DNA of 64,000 bases, taken from the NCBI GenBank assembly GCA_046290465.1, contig JBKAGP010000001.1, positions 160,001-224,000 of the forward strand. The letters run 5' to 3'. This document shows positions 1-10,307 of the stretch, in pieces. The notes beneath the pieces are model-generated. The model worked only from the letters and a program-made list of their open reading frames with translations. It was not told where the DNA came from and made no database searches. A program made the position numbers and the translations under genes. This stretch comes from Planctomycetota bacterium (GTDB lineage: Bacteria; Planctomycetota; UBA1135; UBA2386). Each line of letters begins with the position of its first letter. The stretch's first letter is position 1.

Positions 1-1
1 G

Positions 2-3000
2 CTCGACAAGGACGCGCGCCAGATCTGGATCGACCTGCTGCGCGACGAGGGCCGGGTCGACGACGCGCTGCGCCTGTTCCGACAGGAAGGCGACGGCGCC
101 TGGACCCCGGCGCTGCGGCGCCAGCTGCTCGAGATCTGTCGCGAGACCGGCCGCGAGGCGGTGCTGGTGTCGCAGTTCGAGGAGCTGATCGCGGCCGAGC
201 CGGACAACCTGGAGTGGCGCAGCGGGCTCAGCCGTCACTACCTGGAGAGCGGCGACCGCGAGCGCGCCAGGGCCGCGTGGCAGAGCTACGGCAAGGACCG
301 GGGCGACGCCCAGGCGCAGCTCGATGCGGCGTTCTCGTTGATGGAGCTGGGCCTCGACGACCTGGCCGAAGCGCGCGCCAAGGCGGCCGCCGAAAGCGCG
401 TCGCTGCGGCGCGCGGCGCAGATGTTCATCGTCAAGCTGCACGTCAACCGCGGCCGCTTCCGCCAGGCGACGACGATGCTCGACGAGATCGAGCGCACTG
501 CCGATGGCCGCGACAGCGTGCTCAGCGAGGTCGCCGGCATCTACGAACGCATCGACCGCCTCGACAAGGCGGTCGGCGTGCTCGACCGGATGCGTGAGGC
601 CTACGGCGGCTTCCTCGGCACCGACCTCGACATGAAGTACGCGCTGCTGCTGTCGAAGGTCGACCGCGAGCACGACGCGCTGGCGGTCTGGCGATCGCTC
701 TGGACCAAGGTGCGCAGCACGCCGCGCGGCCGCTACGTCGAGGACCGCATGATGACGGTGGCCTCGCGCCTCGGCGTGCTGGCCAAGATCGCGATCGAGC
801 TCGAGGACCGTCTCGACGCCGGCACCGCCGACACCACCGACGTCGAACTGCTGGTGCGGCTCTACATCAAGGTCGGCGACTCGGCCGCGGCGACCGAGAT
901 CACCGAGCAGGCGCTGCGCGGCCAGGACGTCGGCGACGTCGAGCTGATCCGGCGCAAGGCGACCATCTACCTCGCTTGCCAGGACTACCGCGAGTACGAG
1001 GAGCTGATCGAGCAGCTGATCCGGCTCGACCCGGACAACCGCGTCGAGCACATGCGCGAGCTGACCCTGAGTCGCCTCGAGCGCGGCCGCCGCGCGCAGG
1101 CGATCGAGAACCTGCCGAAGCTGCGCGAGGCGGCCGAGGACGGCGGCATCGCCGACGAGTTCGAGGCCGGCATCTTCCAGCTGGCCGGCCTGACCGACCG
1201 TGCGCTGAAGAGCTACACCAAGGGCCTCGGCCGCTACCCCGACCGCATCGACACGCACCTGCTGGTCGCCAACCTGATGCGGGAGACCGGCAGCGAGATG
1301 GAGGCGGCGCGCCGCTTCCAGTACCTGGCGGCCACGGCCGAGCGCGACGACCTGTTCACGATCGCGATCGACGGCATCCTCAACCTGCGTGCGCAGCAGC
1401 AGTCGCAGGTGCCCAACGGCCTGGTCGAGTGGGCGATGCGGGTCACGCTCGAGCGCCTGGCCGAGCGTTCGCACCGCTTCTACCTGCACCGGCTCGCCGC
1501 CGACCTCGCCGAGGAACTCAACGACATGCCGATGTCGATCCGCACGCTGACGGCCGGGATCCCGGTCGCCGGCGAACGGCGCACCGCCTTGCTGCGCGAG
1601 ATCCTCGGCAAGATCCGGTCGCTCGACCGCAACGCGCGGGTCGTGTTCGGCGGCAGCCGGCAGCTGCGCATCAGCCCCAACTGGGACTACAAGCCGTACG
1701 TGATGGTCGGCCGGCGGCTGCTCGGTCAGGGAGAGGTGGTGCCGCCGCAGGTGTTCATGGACCTCGCCGCGGTGTTCCTGCACGCCAAGGCCGTGCCCGA
1801 CGCGATGCGCACGTTCTCGCGTGCCGCCGAACTGCTCGATCGCGCCGAGGTCAACCGCCAGGCCGCCGCGGTGCTCGAGCAGGCCGAGCGCTACGAGCCG
1901 GCGCTGCAGTTCTACCGCCGGCTGCTGTCGGTCGACGTCACCGACGTCGCGCTGATGGCGAAGATCGCCAGGCTCGAGGAGCTGGTCGGTCGCGACGACG
2001 CCGCCTGCGCGGTCTACCGGCAGGGCCTCGCTTCGGCGCTGCAGCAGACCCAGGACCGGGTGCACGTCGCCACCGAGGAGGAGCCCGACCCGAACGACAT
2101 CCTGTCGATCTACGGCGGCCAGCGGAACGTCGACGCGCTGCAGCAGACGATCCCGCTGCTGGTCGAGGGGCTGCTGGTGACGCTGCCCGAGGCGGACGCC
2201 GAGGCCTTCCTGACCGAGATGGCCGCGACCGTCGAACGCGACCTGCAGCAGCTTGGCGCCGCGGCCGCCGGCGCGGTCGAGACGATCGGCGAGTTCCCGC
2301 GGCTGCGGGCGCGGGCCGACGCCCTGCGACGGCTGTGCCTGTGCTTCCGCCACCTGCCGATCAGCGACGCGATCGACGCCAGGCTGTTGCAGCGCTTTCC
2401 GACCGACCGCGAGCTGGCTCGCCAGAGCATCGGCTACCGCGCCGAACGCGGCTTCCACGTCGCCGCGACGCGGCTGCTGCAGCACGGCGAGTTCGCGGAC
2501 GATCCGGCGTTCGCCTGGCTGCGCCGCAGCGAGGTCGGCGACGGGCCGGTGGCGCCGGCGGTCGCCGCCTCGCACGTCGTGCCGATGCTCGTCGGTCGCA
2601 AGGACGAACTGCGCACGATGCTGCAGAACGTCGACGCCGCGGCGATCGACCCGTCCAACGTGCAGAGCGTGCCGCTGCTGCTGGGCGCCTGCATCCTGGT
2701 CGGCGCCGACGATGCCGCCGAACGGATCGCGCGGGCCGGCGTGCGCATCACCGCGAGCATGAGCGAGCGGCAGCGGGTCCTGCAGAATCGCGAGAGCGCC
2801 AACACGATCCTCAACCTGGCCTCGCGACTCGATCCCGATCTGCGCCAGCGGCTGCTGTCGTACCGCGTCGAACGCACCGCCGCCAAGGGGGCCAAGGCGC
2901 TGGTCAGCCTGCAGTACGAGCTCGAGGCCGAGCGTGACTTCCAGCTCGACCCGGATCGGATCGAGGAGATGCTGCGCGCCGAGGTTGCCAACAGCGCGCA

Positions 3001-5497
3001 GGAGCAGTTCGGCCTGCGCAGCATGAACCTGCTGCATTTTCTGCCCCAGGAGCGGCGCGCACCGCTGGTGCGCGAACTGTACACGTCGGCGCCGCGCAGC
3101 CAGCGCCTCAACGTGCTGACCGAGGGCGCCGACTTCGTGCCCGAACCGCTGTCGGACGGGTTCTTGAGCTGGTACGAGGGCGTGTTCCGGCGCGAGTTCG
3201 AGGCCGCCGACCAGCAGGCTCGCCGGCGCGCCGGCTTCGGCTACTCGGAGATCGGCAGCAAGCGACTGATGCGGCTGCGGCTCGAGGCGTCGCTGTCGAT
3301 GGGGGGCTCGCACCGGGAGTGGCTGCGGCTGCTGCAGATCGTCGTCGACCTCGACGACCGCGCCGCGGCTGCGCGCATGCTCGAGGAGGGCATCCCGGCG
3401 ATGATCACGCGCGACGATCTGGCCGGCGTGGTGCCCAACCGTCCGAAGGGGCTCAACAAGCGGCAGGTCGACGACGCCGTCCGTCAGATCGTGACCAGTG
3501 GCCTGCAGCAGCAGGCGATCGCCGTCGTCGAGCGCAAGCTGCAAGAGCGGCCCGAGCACGAGGCGCTGCGCTACATGCAGTGGCAGCTGCGCACCAAGAT
3601 GCCGGGCGCGGTGGCGTTCGTCGAACGCGCGCTGCAGGACGGCGGCGACGACGTCGACCTGCTCGAACGCGCGATGCGCTTCCAGCGCCAGTGCGGCCGG
3701 TTGGTCGACGCCACCGAGACGTTGCAGCGCCTGGTCGAGCTCGACGAGAAGCGCGCCAAGAGCTGGCGTTCGCAGCTCGCGGCGCTGCACGTCCGGCTCG
3801 GCAACCAGCCGGCGGCCGACGCGCTCCGCAAGCAGCAGGCCGGCGCGGCGCGGCCGGGCGCGCGGCCATCGCAGCCGGCGACCTCGGCGGCGCGGTTGAT
3901 CAGCAGTTCGGGCGCGGTGGTGCAGGCGGTGTCGCTGGTCGGTGGCCGGCCGGCGCCGCGGGCCTCGGCCAAGGTGTCGGCGCTGCTGAAGGCGGACGAT
4001 CCGATCGAGGCCGAACGGGACCTGCGTCGCATCTGGCGCGGCCGCGGCCGCGAGCGCCGCGGCTTCGTGATCGGCACGCCGCCGGCGGAGATCCTGATCT
4101 CGCAGCAGGACCTGGCGGCGCTCGCCGGCAAGGAGTTCGCGGTGGCCGAGGCGCGCCGGATGCGGCGCCTGCTCGAGGACTCCGGCCAGCTCGACTCGAA
4201 GAGCCTGCTCGGTGCGCTGCTGGCCGTCGCGCCCAAGGCCGAGCACGTCTCGGCGGCGATCGACGAGCTGCTCGCGACGCTCGAGCGCGGCGAGGGCGGC
4301 ACGGCCGAGGCAGTGCAGCTGCTGACGGCGTTGGCCAACGAAGAGCTGCCCGACGCGCAGCGGCGTCGGGTCGTCGACTTGCTGCTGCACCGACGCGAGA
4401 CGCCCGACGAGGCGCGGCTGCGTAACGTCGCGCACGAACTGGTGCGCGATGGCCGCAAGACCGAGGCTGCGGCGCTGTATCGCCTGGCGATCCTCGCCGG
4501 CGGCGAGGGCCTGCCGGCCTACCTGCTGCGCAACCGCAAGGAGCAGCCCGGCGACGTGATCCGGGACGTGCAGCAGCGGCTGGGCGACGAGCTCGGCCGT
4601 GAAACGGCGGTGGCCCTGTTCGACGACAAGCTCGCGACCGAGGACTCGGCGTCGATGATGCTGGCGGCGCTGAAGGCGTGGCCGCAGCTGCTGACCGAAG
4701 ACGAACTGGCCGAACGGCTGGTGACGCTGCAGGCGCGCATCGAGCGTCTGCGCGGCTCGCGGCTGGGCCGCCTGGCCTACGACCGCGACGCGCTGCCGAT
4801 GATGGGCGAGCTGTGCAAGGCGTTGGCGCGGGTCGGCCGTGCCGGCGAGGCGTTGGTCGAGCTCGAGCCCTTGCTGTGCGGCGCGCGCCCGGACATGTAC
4901 GGCCGCACCCCGCCGCGCAACGCGTCGCAGGTGCAGCGGGTGCTCGACGAGCTGCTGCAGCTGGAACTCGCCGACCGCGAGGCGTGGCTGCGAACGATCG
5001 GCGAACGGGTGGTCGCGTGGCAGCAGGCGGGTCGGCTGGCCGATGCGTCGAAGACGCTCGCGGCGGTCGGCCTGCAGCTCGCCGAGGCCGGCCTTTCGGA
5101 GCTCGCCGGCCAATGCGCCGACGGCCTCGCCGAGTTGGCGGTCGACGACGCCACCGCCGAGCAGCAGCTGGCGGCGCTGTGGCGCGCGCTCGGGGACGAG
5201 ACCCGGGCCTACACGCTCGAGAAGACGCTGCTGACGCGGCGGCGGCTGGCGATCGCCGAGCTGCCGCGGGTGTTGCAGCAGCTGCGCGACAACGAAGGAC
5301 CGCCCGTCGCGTTCGCCGCCGGCGAGCAGGCGCTGGCCTACACGCGCGACCCCAGCTTCCTCGAGAAGATGATCGAACTGGCGGACGAGGTCGGCCAGAG
5401 CGAGCGCGCCGACGGCTGGCGCCAGGAGCTCGAGGAGCGCAAGCCGAAGCCGGCCGAGCAGCCGCAGCAGGAGCCGGCGGCCGCAGGGCGCGGCTAG
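2..5497 (+). CDS. Very large TPR/alpha-solenoid repeat protein (5'-partial; frame open from the window edge, >1830 aa)
   Basis: Frame is open from position 2 with GC3-rich codons; repeated TPR-like helical patterns (e.g. AAAVLEQAERYEPALQFYRRLL, EVAGIYERIDRLDKAVGVLDRM); no catalytic motif recognised. Confidence 0.8.
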   Translation, partial: LDKDARQIWIDLLRDEGRVDDALRLFRQEGDGAWTPALRRQLLEICRETGREAVLVSQFEELIAAEPDNLEWRSGLSRHYLESGDRERARAAWQSYGKDRGDAQAQLDAAFSLMELGLDDLAEARAKAAAESASLRRAAQMFIVKLHVNRGRFRQATTMLDEIERTADGRDSVLSEVAGIYERIDRLDKAVGVLDRMREAYGGFLGTDLDMKYALLLSKVDREHDALAVWRSLWTKVRSTPRGRYVEDRMMTVASRLGVLAKIAIELEDRLDAGTADTTDVELLVRLYIKVGDSAAATEITEQALRGQDVGDVELIRRKATIYLACQDYREYEELIEQLIRLDPDNRVEHMRELTLSRLERGRRAQAIENLPKLREAAEDGGIADEFEAGIFQLAGLTDRALKSYTKGLGRYPDRIDTHLLVANLMRETGSEMEAARRFQYLAATAERDDLFTIAIDGILNLRAQQQSQVPNGLVEWAMRVTLERLAERSHRFYLHRLAADLAEELNDMPMSIRTLTAGIPVAGERRTALLREILGKIRSLDRNARVVFGGSRQLRISPNWDYKPYVMVGRRLLGQGEVVPPQVFMDLAAVFLHAKAVPDAMRTFSRAAELLDRAEVNRQAAAVLEQAERYEPALQFYRRLLSVDVTDVALMAKIARLEELVGRDDAACAVYRQGLASALQQTQDRVHVATEEEPDPNDILSIYGGQRNVDALQQTIPLLVEGLLVTLPEADAEAFLTEMAATVERDLQQLGAAAAGAVETIGEFPRLRARADALRRLCLCFRHLPISDAIDARLLQRFPTDRELARQSIGYRAERGFHVAATRLLQHGEFADDPAFAWLRRSEVGDGPVAPAVAASHVVPMLVGRKDELRTMLQNVDAAAIDPSNVQSVPLLLGACILVGADDAAERIARAGVRITASMSERQRVLQNRESANTILNLASRLDPDLRQRLLSYRVERTAAKGAKALVSLQYELEAERDFQLDPDRIEEMLRAEVANSAQEQFGLRSMNLLHFLPQERRAPLVRELYTSAPRSQRLNVLTEGADFVPEPLSDGFLSWYEGVFRREFEAADQQARRRAGFGYSEIGSKRLMRLRLEASLSMGGSHREWLRLLQIVVDLDDRAAAARMLEEGIPAMITRDDLAGVVPNRPKGLNKRQVDDAVRQIVTSGLQQQAIAVVERKLQERPEHEALRYMQWQLRTKMPGAVAFVERALQDGGDDVDLLERAMRFQRQCGRLVDATETLQRLVELDEKRAKSWRSQLAALHVRLGNQPAADALRKQQAGAARPGARPSQPATSAARLISSSGAVVQAVSLVGGRPAPRASAKVSALLKADDPIEAERDLRRIWRGRGRERRGFVIGTPPAEILISQQDLAALAGKEFAVAEARRMRRLLEDSGQLDSKSLLGALLAVAPKAEHVSAAIDELLATLERGEGGTAEAVQLLTALANEELPDAQRRRVVDLLLHRRETPDEARLRNVAHELVRDGRKTEAAALYRLAILAGGEGLPAYLLRNRKEQPGDVIRDVQQRLGDELGRETAVALFDDKLATEDSASMMLAALKAWPQLLTEDELAERLVTLQARIERLRGSRLGRLAYDRDALPMMGELCKALARVGRAGEALVELEPLLCGARPDMYGRTPPRNASQVQRVLDELLQLELADREAWLRTIGERVVAWQQAGRLADASKTLAAVGLQLAEAGLSELAGQCADGLAELAVDDATAEQQLAALWRALGDETRAYTLEKTLLTRRRLAIAELPRVLQQLRDNEGPPVAFAAGEQALAYTRDPSFLEKMIELADEVGQSERADGWRQELEERKPKPAEQPQQEPAAAGRG

Positions 5498-5802
5498 CGG
5501 GCAAAGCCCCGTCCGCACGCACACACGCCGCTTCCGCGGTCACAGCTGGCAGCGCGTCCACTACATGGACGCGCTCCTGGGGCGCCGCCCGCTGCAGCAG
5601 ACTGCGGCCCGGTTTCCGGGCGACACGGGCCCTTCGCCTTCCTGGCTCATCGCGAGATCGGGCCGGTGGCTCGCCCTGCGACTGTAGGGAATCTGCGCAT
5701 TTTCTCCGACCATGGCAGCGGCGCCATGGCGGCGCTGCCCGGCCTTGCGATCGCTGCGCGACGATGCAGGGGACCGTTCCCGAACGCAGAGAGGTGTCCG
5801 AC

Positions 5803-6486
5803 ATGAACGAGCAATCGCAGCATCCTGAGTCCGGCTTCACGCTGATCGAAGCGCTGATCGTCACGTCGCTGATCGGCGTGCTCGCCGGCGTGGCCGTCCC
5901 GAACCTGCTGGCCAGCCGGCTGGCCGCCAACGAGGCCGCCGTCATCGCGACCATGCGCGCGATCTCGACCGCGCAGTTTCAGTTCCAGAGTTCGGGCGAG
6001 CTCGACTCGAACTTCGACGCCGGCTACGAGTTCGGCACGCTCGGCGAACTCGGCGCGCTCGAGGTGCTGCGCGGCTCGACCGAGACGCTGTCGCGCAACC
6101 TGCTGTCGAAGTCGGTCGCCAACACCGACAACACCGGCCGCGTCACGCACCACGGCTACCACTTCCGGCTGTTCCTGCCGGCGGCCGACGGTGCCGGCCT
6201 CGCCGGCATCTCGGCCAACGCCGCGAGCATCGACGCCGAGCAGGCGCAGCGCTACTGGAGCTGCGTCGCGTGGCCGATCGAGACCGGCACGACCGGCAAC
6301 CGCGCGTTCTTCGTCAACCAGCAGGGCCAGGTCCTACAAGCCCGCGACTCGGGCTACACCGGCAGCACCTCGGTGCCCGACGCCGGCGTCGGCCTGCTCG
6401 GCGTCGCCCCGACCCACATCCACTCCCAGGCCCTCGCCACCGACACCACCGGCGCCGACGGCAACCACTGGGTCCTGGTCCACTGA
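5803..6486 (+). CDS. Prepilin-type N-terminal cleavage/methylation domain protein (type IV pilin/pseudopilin-like)
   Basis: G|FTLIEALIV class III signal motif followed by a hydrophobic helix and NEAAVIATMRAI; GAGGTG RBS-like sequence upstream of ATG 5803. Confidence 0.85.
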   Translation: MNEQSQHPESGFTLIEALIVTSLIGVLAGVAVPNLLASRLAANEAAVIATMRAISTAQFQFQSSGELDSNFDAGYEFGTLGELGALEVLRGSTETLSRNLLSKSVANTDNTGRVTHHGYHFRLFLPAADGAGLAGISANAASIDAEQAQRYWSCVAWPIETGTTGNRAFFVNQQGQVLQARDSGYTGSTSVPDAGVGLLGVAPTHIHSQALATDTTGADGNHWVLVH

Positions 6487-6488
6487 GA

Positions 6489-6572
6489 GTTGCGGTACGG
6501 TTCGCGGTTCATCCTCCAACTTCCGCGCGCTCGCGCGGAAGTTGGAGGATGAACCGCGTACCGTACCGCAAC
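6489..6572. repeat. Long intergenic palindrome (41-bp arms, 2-nt spacer, 1 mismatch)
   Basis: Arm GTTGCGGTACGGTTCGCGGTTCATCCTCCAACTTCCGCGCG (6489-6529) and its reverse complement at 6532-6572; shares GGTTCATCCT with the dispersed REP-like unit. Confidence 0.95.
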
Positions 6573-6594
6573 CTTTCGGGGCTAGGGTTCTGGG

Positions 6595-7563
6595 ATGGTG
6601 ACGGTCGATCTCGAGCGCGTGCAGCGGCTGCGCGAACGGTTCCTGGAGGGGCGGCGTGGGCGGCGGGCGATGCCGGACTACTGGCGGGATGCGCGCGACC
6701 TCGCCGCGTACGACGCGATCCTCGGGGCGCGCATCGGGTGGAAGTGGGATGCGGCGCTCGCGGAGTGCGCGGCACGCGGCTGGCGGCCGTCGGCCGGGCA
6801 CACGGTGCTCGACTTCGGCTGTGGGTCGGGGGTGGCGGCGCGCCGCTACGTCGATCGGTTCGGTGCCGGTGAGGTGCGCTACCACGACCGTTCGCCGCAC
6901 GCGATGGCGTTCGCCGTCGAACGCATGCAGGAGGGCCACGCGCACGTCGCCGTCGTCGCGCAACCGAGCGTGCGCGACCTCGAGGTCGACGTCGTGCTGG
7001 TCAGCCACGTCGTCAGCGAACTTGACGAACGCGGCCTGCAGCAGCTCGAGCAGCTGCTGCGCAGATGCCCGCGCGCGATCGTGGTGGAGTCCGGCAACCG
7101 CCCGGTCGCGCGACGGCTCGCGGCGCTGCGCGACCGGTTGCTCGACCAGTTCGGCGTGGTCGCGCCGTGTCCGCATCGGCAGCCGTGTCCGACGCTCGCC
7201 AACGACGACGACTGGTGCCACTTCTTCGCCAGCCCGCCGGGCGAGGTGTTCACCGACGGCGACTGGGTCAAGGCCGCGCGCAGCCTCGGCATCGACCTGC
7301 GCTCGCTGCCGTACGCGTTCGTGGCGCTCGATCGCGACGCGGCCGACGCCGAGCGCCAGAGTCCCAGAGTGCCGGAAACCAGGGTGCGGAACCGCAGGGT
7401 GCTCGGCCGCGCGTCGATCAACCCGGTGGTCGCGACGGCGCAGGCGTGTTCGGCGTCCGGCCTGGAATCCATCGAGGTCCACAAGCGTACCGATGCCAGG
7501 CTCTGGCGGGCGCTGAAGAAGAACCCGGAACAGGCGCAGGAGCTGCTGCAGGACCGCCCCTGA
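6595..7563 (+). CDS. Class I SAM-dependent methyltransferase, Rsm22/METTL17-like
   Basis: Motif I VLDFGCGSG; IVVESG; APCPHRQPCP...WCHF cysteine motif typical of the Rsm22 family. Confidence 0.75.
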   Translation: MVTVDLERVQRLRERFLEGRRGRRAMPDYWRDARDLAAYDAILGARIGWKWDAALAECAARGWRPSAGHTVLDFGCGSGVAARRYVDRFGAGEVRYHDRSPHAMAFAVERMQEGHAHVAVVAQPSVRDLEVDVVLVSHVVSELDERGLQQLEQLLRRCPRAIVVESGNRPVARRLAALRDRLLDQFGVVAPCPHRQPCPTLANDDDWCHFFASPPGEVFTDGDWVKAARSLGIDLRSLPYAFVALDRDAADAERQSPRVPETRVRNRRVLGRASINPVVATAQACSASGLESIEVHKRTDARLWRALKKNPEQAQELLQDRP

Positions 7564-7621
7564 CGAGCAGGTCGCGCCGTGGGCCCGCCGTCAACGGGAC
7601 CCGCCCGCAGCGAGCCCGCTC

Positions 7622-10258
7622 TCAACGCGTCCGGATCAGCTTCTGGAAGCGGGCGTCGTCGCGGATCGCATCGAAGTTGGGGTTCTTGTGCCGCAGCACG
7701 TGGCCGGCCGCCACCGCGTGCTCGAGCCAGTCCAGCGCGACCTCGCAGTTGCGGGCGCGCCGTTCGCCCTGACACGGCACGTCGAGCAGCACCGACGCGG
7801 CCCACGCGCGCCACTTCGGCTCCAACGGCAGCTCGCCCAGTCGCAGCTGGTTCTTCTCGAGCGCGTCCCAGTCCTTCGCCGCCAGCAGCATCGCGCCGAG
7901 CAGGCGCAGGTTGTGGGCGAGCAACCGCGGCGACTCGGCGTCCTGCGGGTTGGCCTGCAGCGCCAGCTCGATGTCGGCGATGCCGCCCTCGACCAGCGGC
8001 CGCGCCTCGTCGAAGCGGTTCTTGCGCATCCACAGCAACCCGAGGTTGGCGCGCACTCCGGCGCGCAGCTTGGGCACCTCGGGCGTCAGCGGGTGCTTCT
8101 GCACCAGCCGGTCGAGCAGCGGCAGCGCATCGCGCGCGACCGCGATCGCGTCGTCGTCGCGCCGCTGGTGCTGCATCAGGCTCGAACGTTCGTTGAGCGC
8201 CATCGCGCGCACGTAGTCGGGCGTCGGCCACCTTCGCGCGTCGGTGGTGTGCCCGACCAGGCCATCGAGCAGCTCGTCGTTGGCGCGCGCGGCCTCGTCG
8301 AGGCGACCGTGTCGCTTCAGGAACCGCACCAGGTTGAGCTGCGCCACCGAACGCGTCAGCGGGAAGGTGCCAGGCTCGTCGCTCGGCGGCGTCACCATCG
8401 CGGCCAGCTCGATCGCCCGCCGCAGCGCCGCCTCGGCCGCCTCGACGTCGCCTTCGGCGCCGGCGATGCGCGACGCGTCGGTCTCGACCGAACGCAGCTC
8501 CTTGGCCGCGTCGTTCGCCGACGACGTCTGCAGCAGCGGCGTCAGCAGCCGCCGCGCGTCGGCCAGCACGTCGCCAGCCTGCCCGAACTCGGCGCGGGCG
8601 CAGTGGATCGCGCTGAGCCGCGCCCGGAACGTGCCGCTCAGCAGCGCCTGCCGCTGGTTCGAGCGGGGGTCGCCTTCGTCGGCGATCGCCTCACACGCCA
8701 GCTGCTCGGCGTCCGCCATGCGCCCGAGGCGGCCGAGCACCACCACCAGCTTGAGCGTGACGGTCTGGTGCAGCAGCCGCGCCTCGTCGCGGTGCACCGC
8801 GTCCTCGCGCAGCTGCGCCAGCAGCTGGCGCGCGTCGACCAGCATGTCGTGCGCGGTGTCGAGCGCGGCGGCGTTGTGCAGCCGGTCCGAGGTCAGGCCG
8901 GCGAGCAGCCGGCGCACCGCCTGCATGCTGACGCGCACGCTGTGGTCCGAACGTTCGGTCTGTTCGCGCAGCGCGGCGTTGGCGTCCCGCTGGTAGACGT
9001 AGAGCGACACGAACAGCCCAAAGCACGACAGCAGCGCGACCAGCGTGGTCGATGCCAGGGCCTGATGCCGCTGCACGAACCGCCGCGCCCGCACGGCCGT
9101 CGGCAGGCGGCGCGCGGCGATCGGCCGCCGTTCGAGCACGGCCGTCAGGTCGTCGGCGAACGCCTGCGGGGTCGGGTAGCGGCGCAGGCGGTCGCGCTCC
9201 ATGCCGCACGCCAGCACCACGCGCAGCTCGGGCGGCAGGTCGCGCCGGTGCCGCAGCGACTGTCGCTCGCCGGTCAGGATCCGGCGGCGCAGCTCCTCGG
9301 TGTCGGTCGTCGAGAACGGCGAGTCGAGCGTCAGCAGCGTGAACAGCGTGATCGCCAGGCCGTAGACGTCGGTGCGTTCGTCGGCGGGTTCGCCGCGCAG
9401 CACCTCGGGCGCCATGTAGGCGGGGGAGCCGGCGGTGGCGCCGCTCTGGGTCAACTGGTCGTCGGAGCGCGTGTGCGACAGCCCGAAGTCGAGCACCACC
9501 GCGCGGCCGTCGGGCGTCAGCATCACGTTGGACGGCTTCAGGTCGCGGTGCAGCACGTCGCGTTCGTGCGCGTGCTGGATGCCGAACGCGGCCTTGCGCA
9601 GCAGCCGCACGGCCGCCTGCCAGTAGCCGTCGCCGAACACCTCGTCGGGGTCGCGGTCGGTGATCCCGCCGCCGAGCGCCTGGCGCAGATCGGCGCCGGT
9701 CAGCTGGCTCGGGTCGCGGCCACGCAGCGCGGCGATCGCCTGCATGCCGTTGCGGCCGTCGAGCAGCGGCATCGCATAGTAGCTGACGCCAGCGGCCGTG
9801 CCGGTGGCCAGGATCGGCACGATCGCCGGATGGTCGATCCTCGCGATCGCGTCGATCTCGCGCTGGAAGCGCTGTTGCGCGCGGTCGAACATCAGCAGCT
9901 CCGGGCGCACGATCTTCAGCGCGACGCGGCGGCCGAGCGACTCCTGCCGGGCGACGTAGACGACGCCCATGCCGCCGGCACCGAGCTGCCGTTCGACCAC
10001 GAACTCGCCGAACCGTTCGGGCAGCGCCGGGGTCGGCTGGTCGAGCAGCTGCAGCCGCTGCAGGTCGGACAGGGCCCGCACCAGCTCGCGGGCGTGCTCG
10101 GGGTGCTGGCCGAGGAAGCGCTGCAGGCCGGCGTCCCCGTCGGTCTCACGCGCCTCGAGGGCCTCGGCGAGCAGCTGCTCGAGCACCTCGGTCGTGTCGG
10201 AGAGAGGGTCCTTGGGTCGATCGGCGGTCACGGTTGCGAGCGAGGGACAGGTGGCCAT
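7622..10258 (-). CDS. Hanks-type Ser/Thr protein kinase with one TM helix and C-terminal TPR repeats
   Basis: LGAGGMGVVY, VALK, HRDLKPSNV, DFG, YMAPE; start uncertain (ATG 10258 or GTG 10231). Confidence 0.9.
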   Translation of the reverse strand: MATCPSLATVTADRPKDPLSDTTEVLEQLLAEALEARETDGDAGLQRFLGQHPEHARELVRALSDLQRLQLLDQPTPALPERFGEFVVERQLGAGGMGVVYVARQESLGRRVALKIVRPELLMFDRAQQRFQREIDAIARIDHPAIVPILATGTAAGVSYYAMPLLDGRNGMQAIAALRGRDPSQLTGADLRQALGGGITDRDPDEVFGDGYWQAAVRLLRKAAFGIQHAHERDVLHRDLKPSNVMLTPDGRAVVLDFGLSHTRSDDQLTQSGATAGSPAYMAPEVLRGEPADERTDVYGLAITLFTLLTLDSPFSTTDTEELRRRILTGERQSLRHRRDLPPELRVVLACGMERDRLRRYPTPQAFADDLTAVLERRPIAARRLPTAVRARRFVQRHQALASTTLVALLSCFGLFVSLYVYQRDANAALREQTERSDHSVRVSMQAVRRLLAGLTSDRLHNAAALDTAHDMLVDARQLLAQLREDAVHRDEARLLHQTVTLKLVVVLGRLGRMADAEQLACEAIADEGDPRSNQRQALLSGTFRARLSAIHCARAEFGQAGDVLADARRLLTPLLQTSSANDAAKELRSVETDASRIAGAEGDVEAAEAALRRAIELAAMVTPPSDEPGTFPLTRSVAQLNLVRFLKRHGRLDEAARANDELLDGLVGHTTDARRWPTPDYVRAMALNERSSLMQHQRRDDDAIAVARDALPLLDRLVQKHPLTPEVPKLRAGVRANLGLLWMRKNRFDEARPLVEGGIADIELALQANPQDAESPRLLAHNLRLLGAMLLAAKDWDALEKNQLRLGELPLEPKWRAWAASVLLDVPCQGERRARNCEVALDWLEHAVAAGHVLRHKNPNFDAIRDDARFQKLIRTR

Positions 10259-10307
10259 CGAAAGAAGCGGAGGAGCGCGGTCGGCATCACACGGATTTCC
10301 TGGCAAG

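Noticed and set aside
4678..5802. N-terminal extension of the 602-aa ORF ahead of the pilin-like protein
   Set aside because: Overlaps the TPR gene in another frame; the prepilin motif and RBS place the start at 5803
5498..5802. Possible riboswitch (GGGCAAAGCC resembles part of a c-di-GMP-I motif) upstream of the pilin-like gene
   Set aside because: Could not build the paired stems or the second conserved element by eye; an Rfam/Infernal scan would be needed
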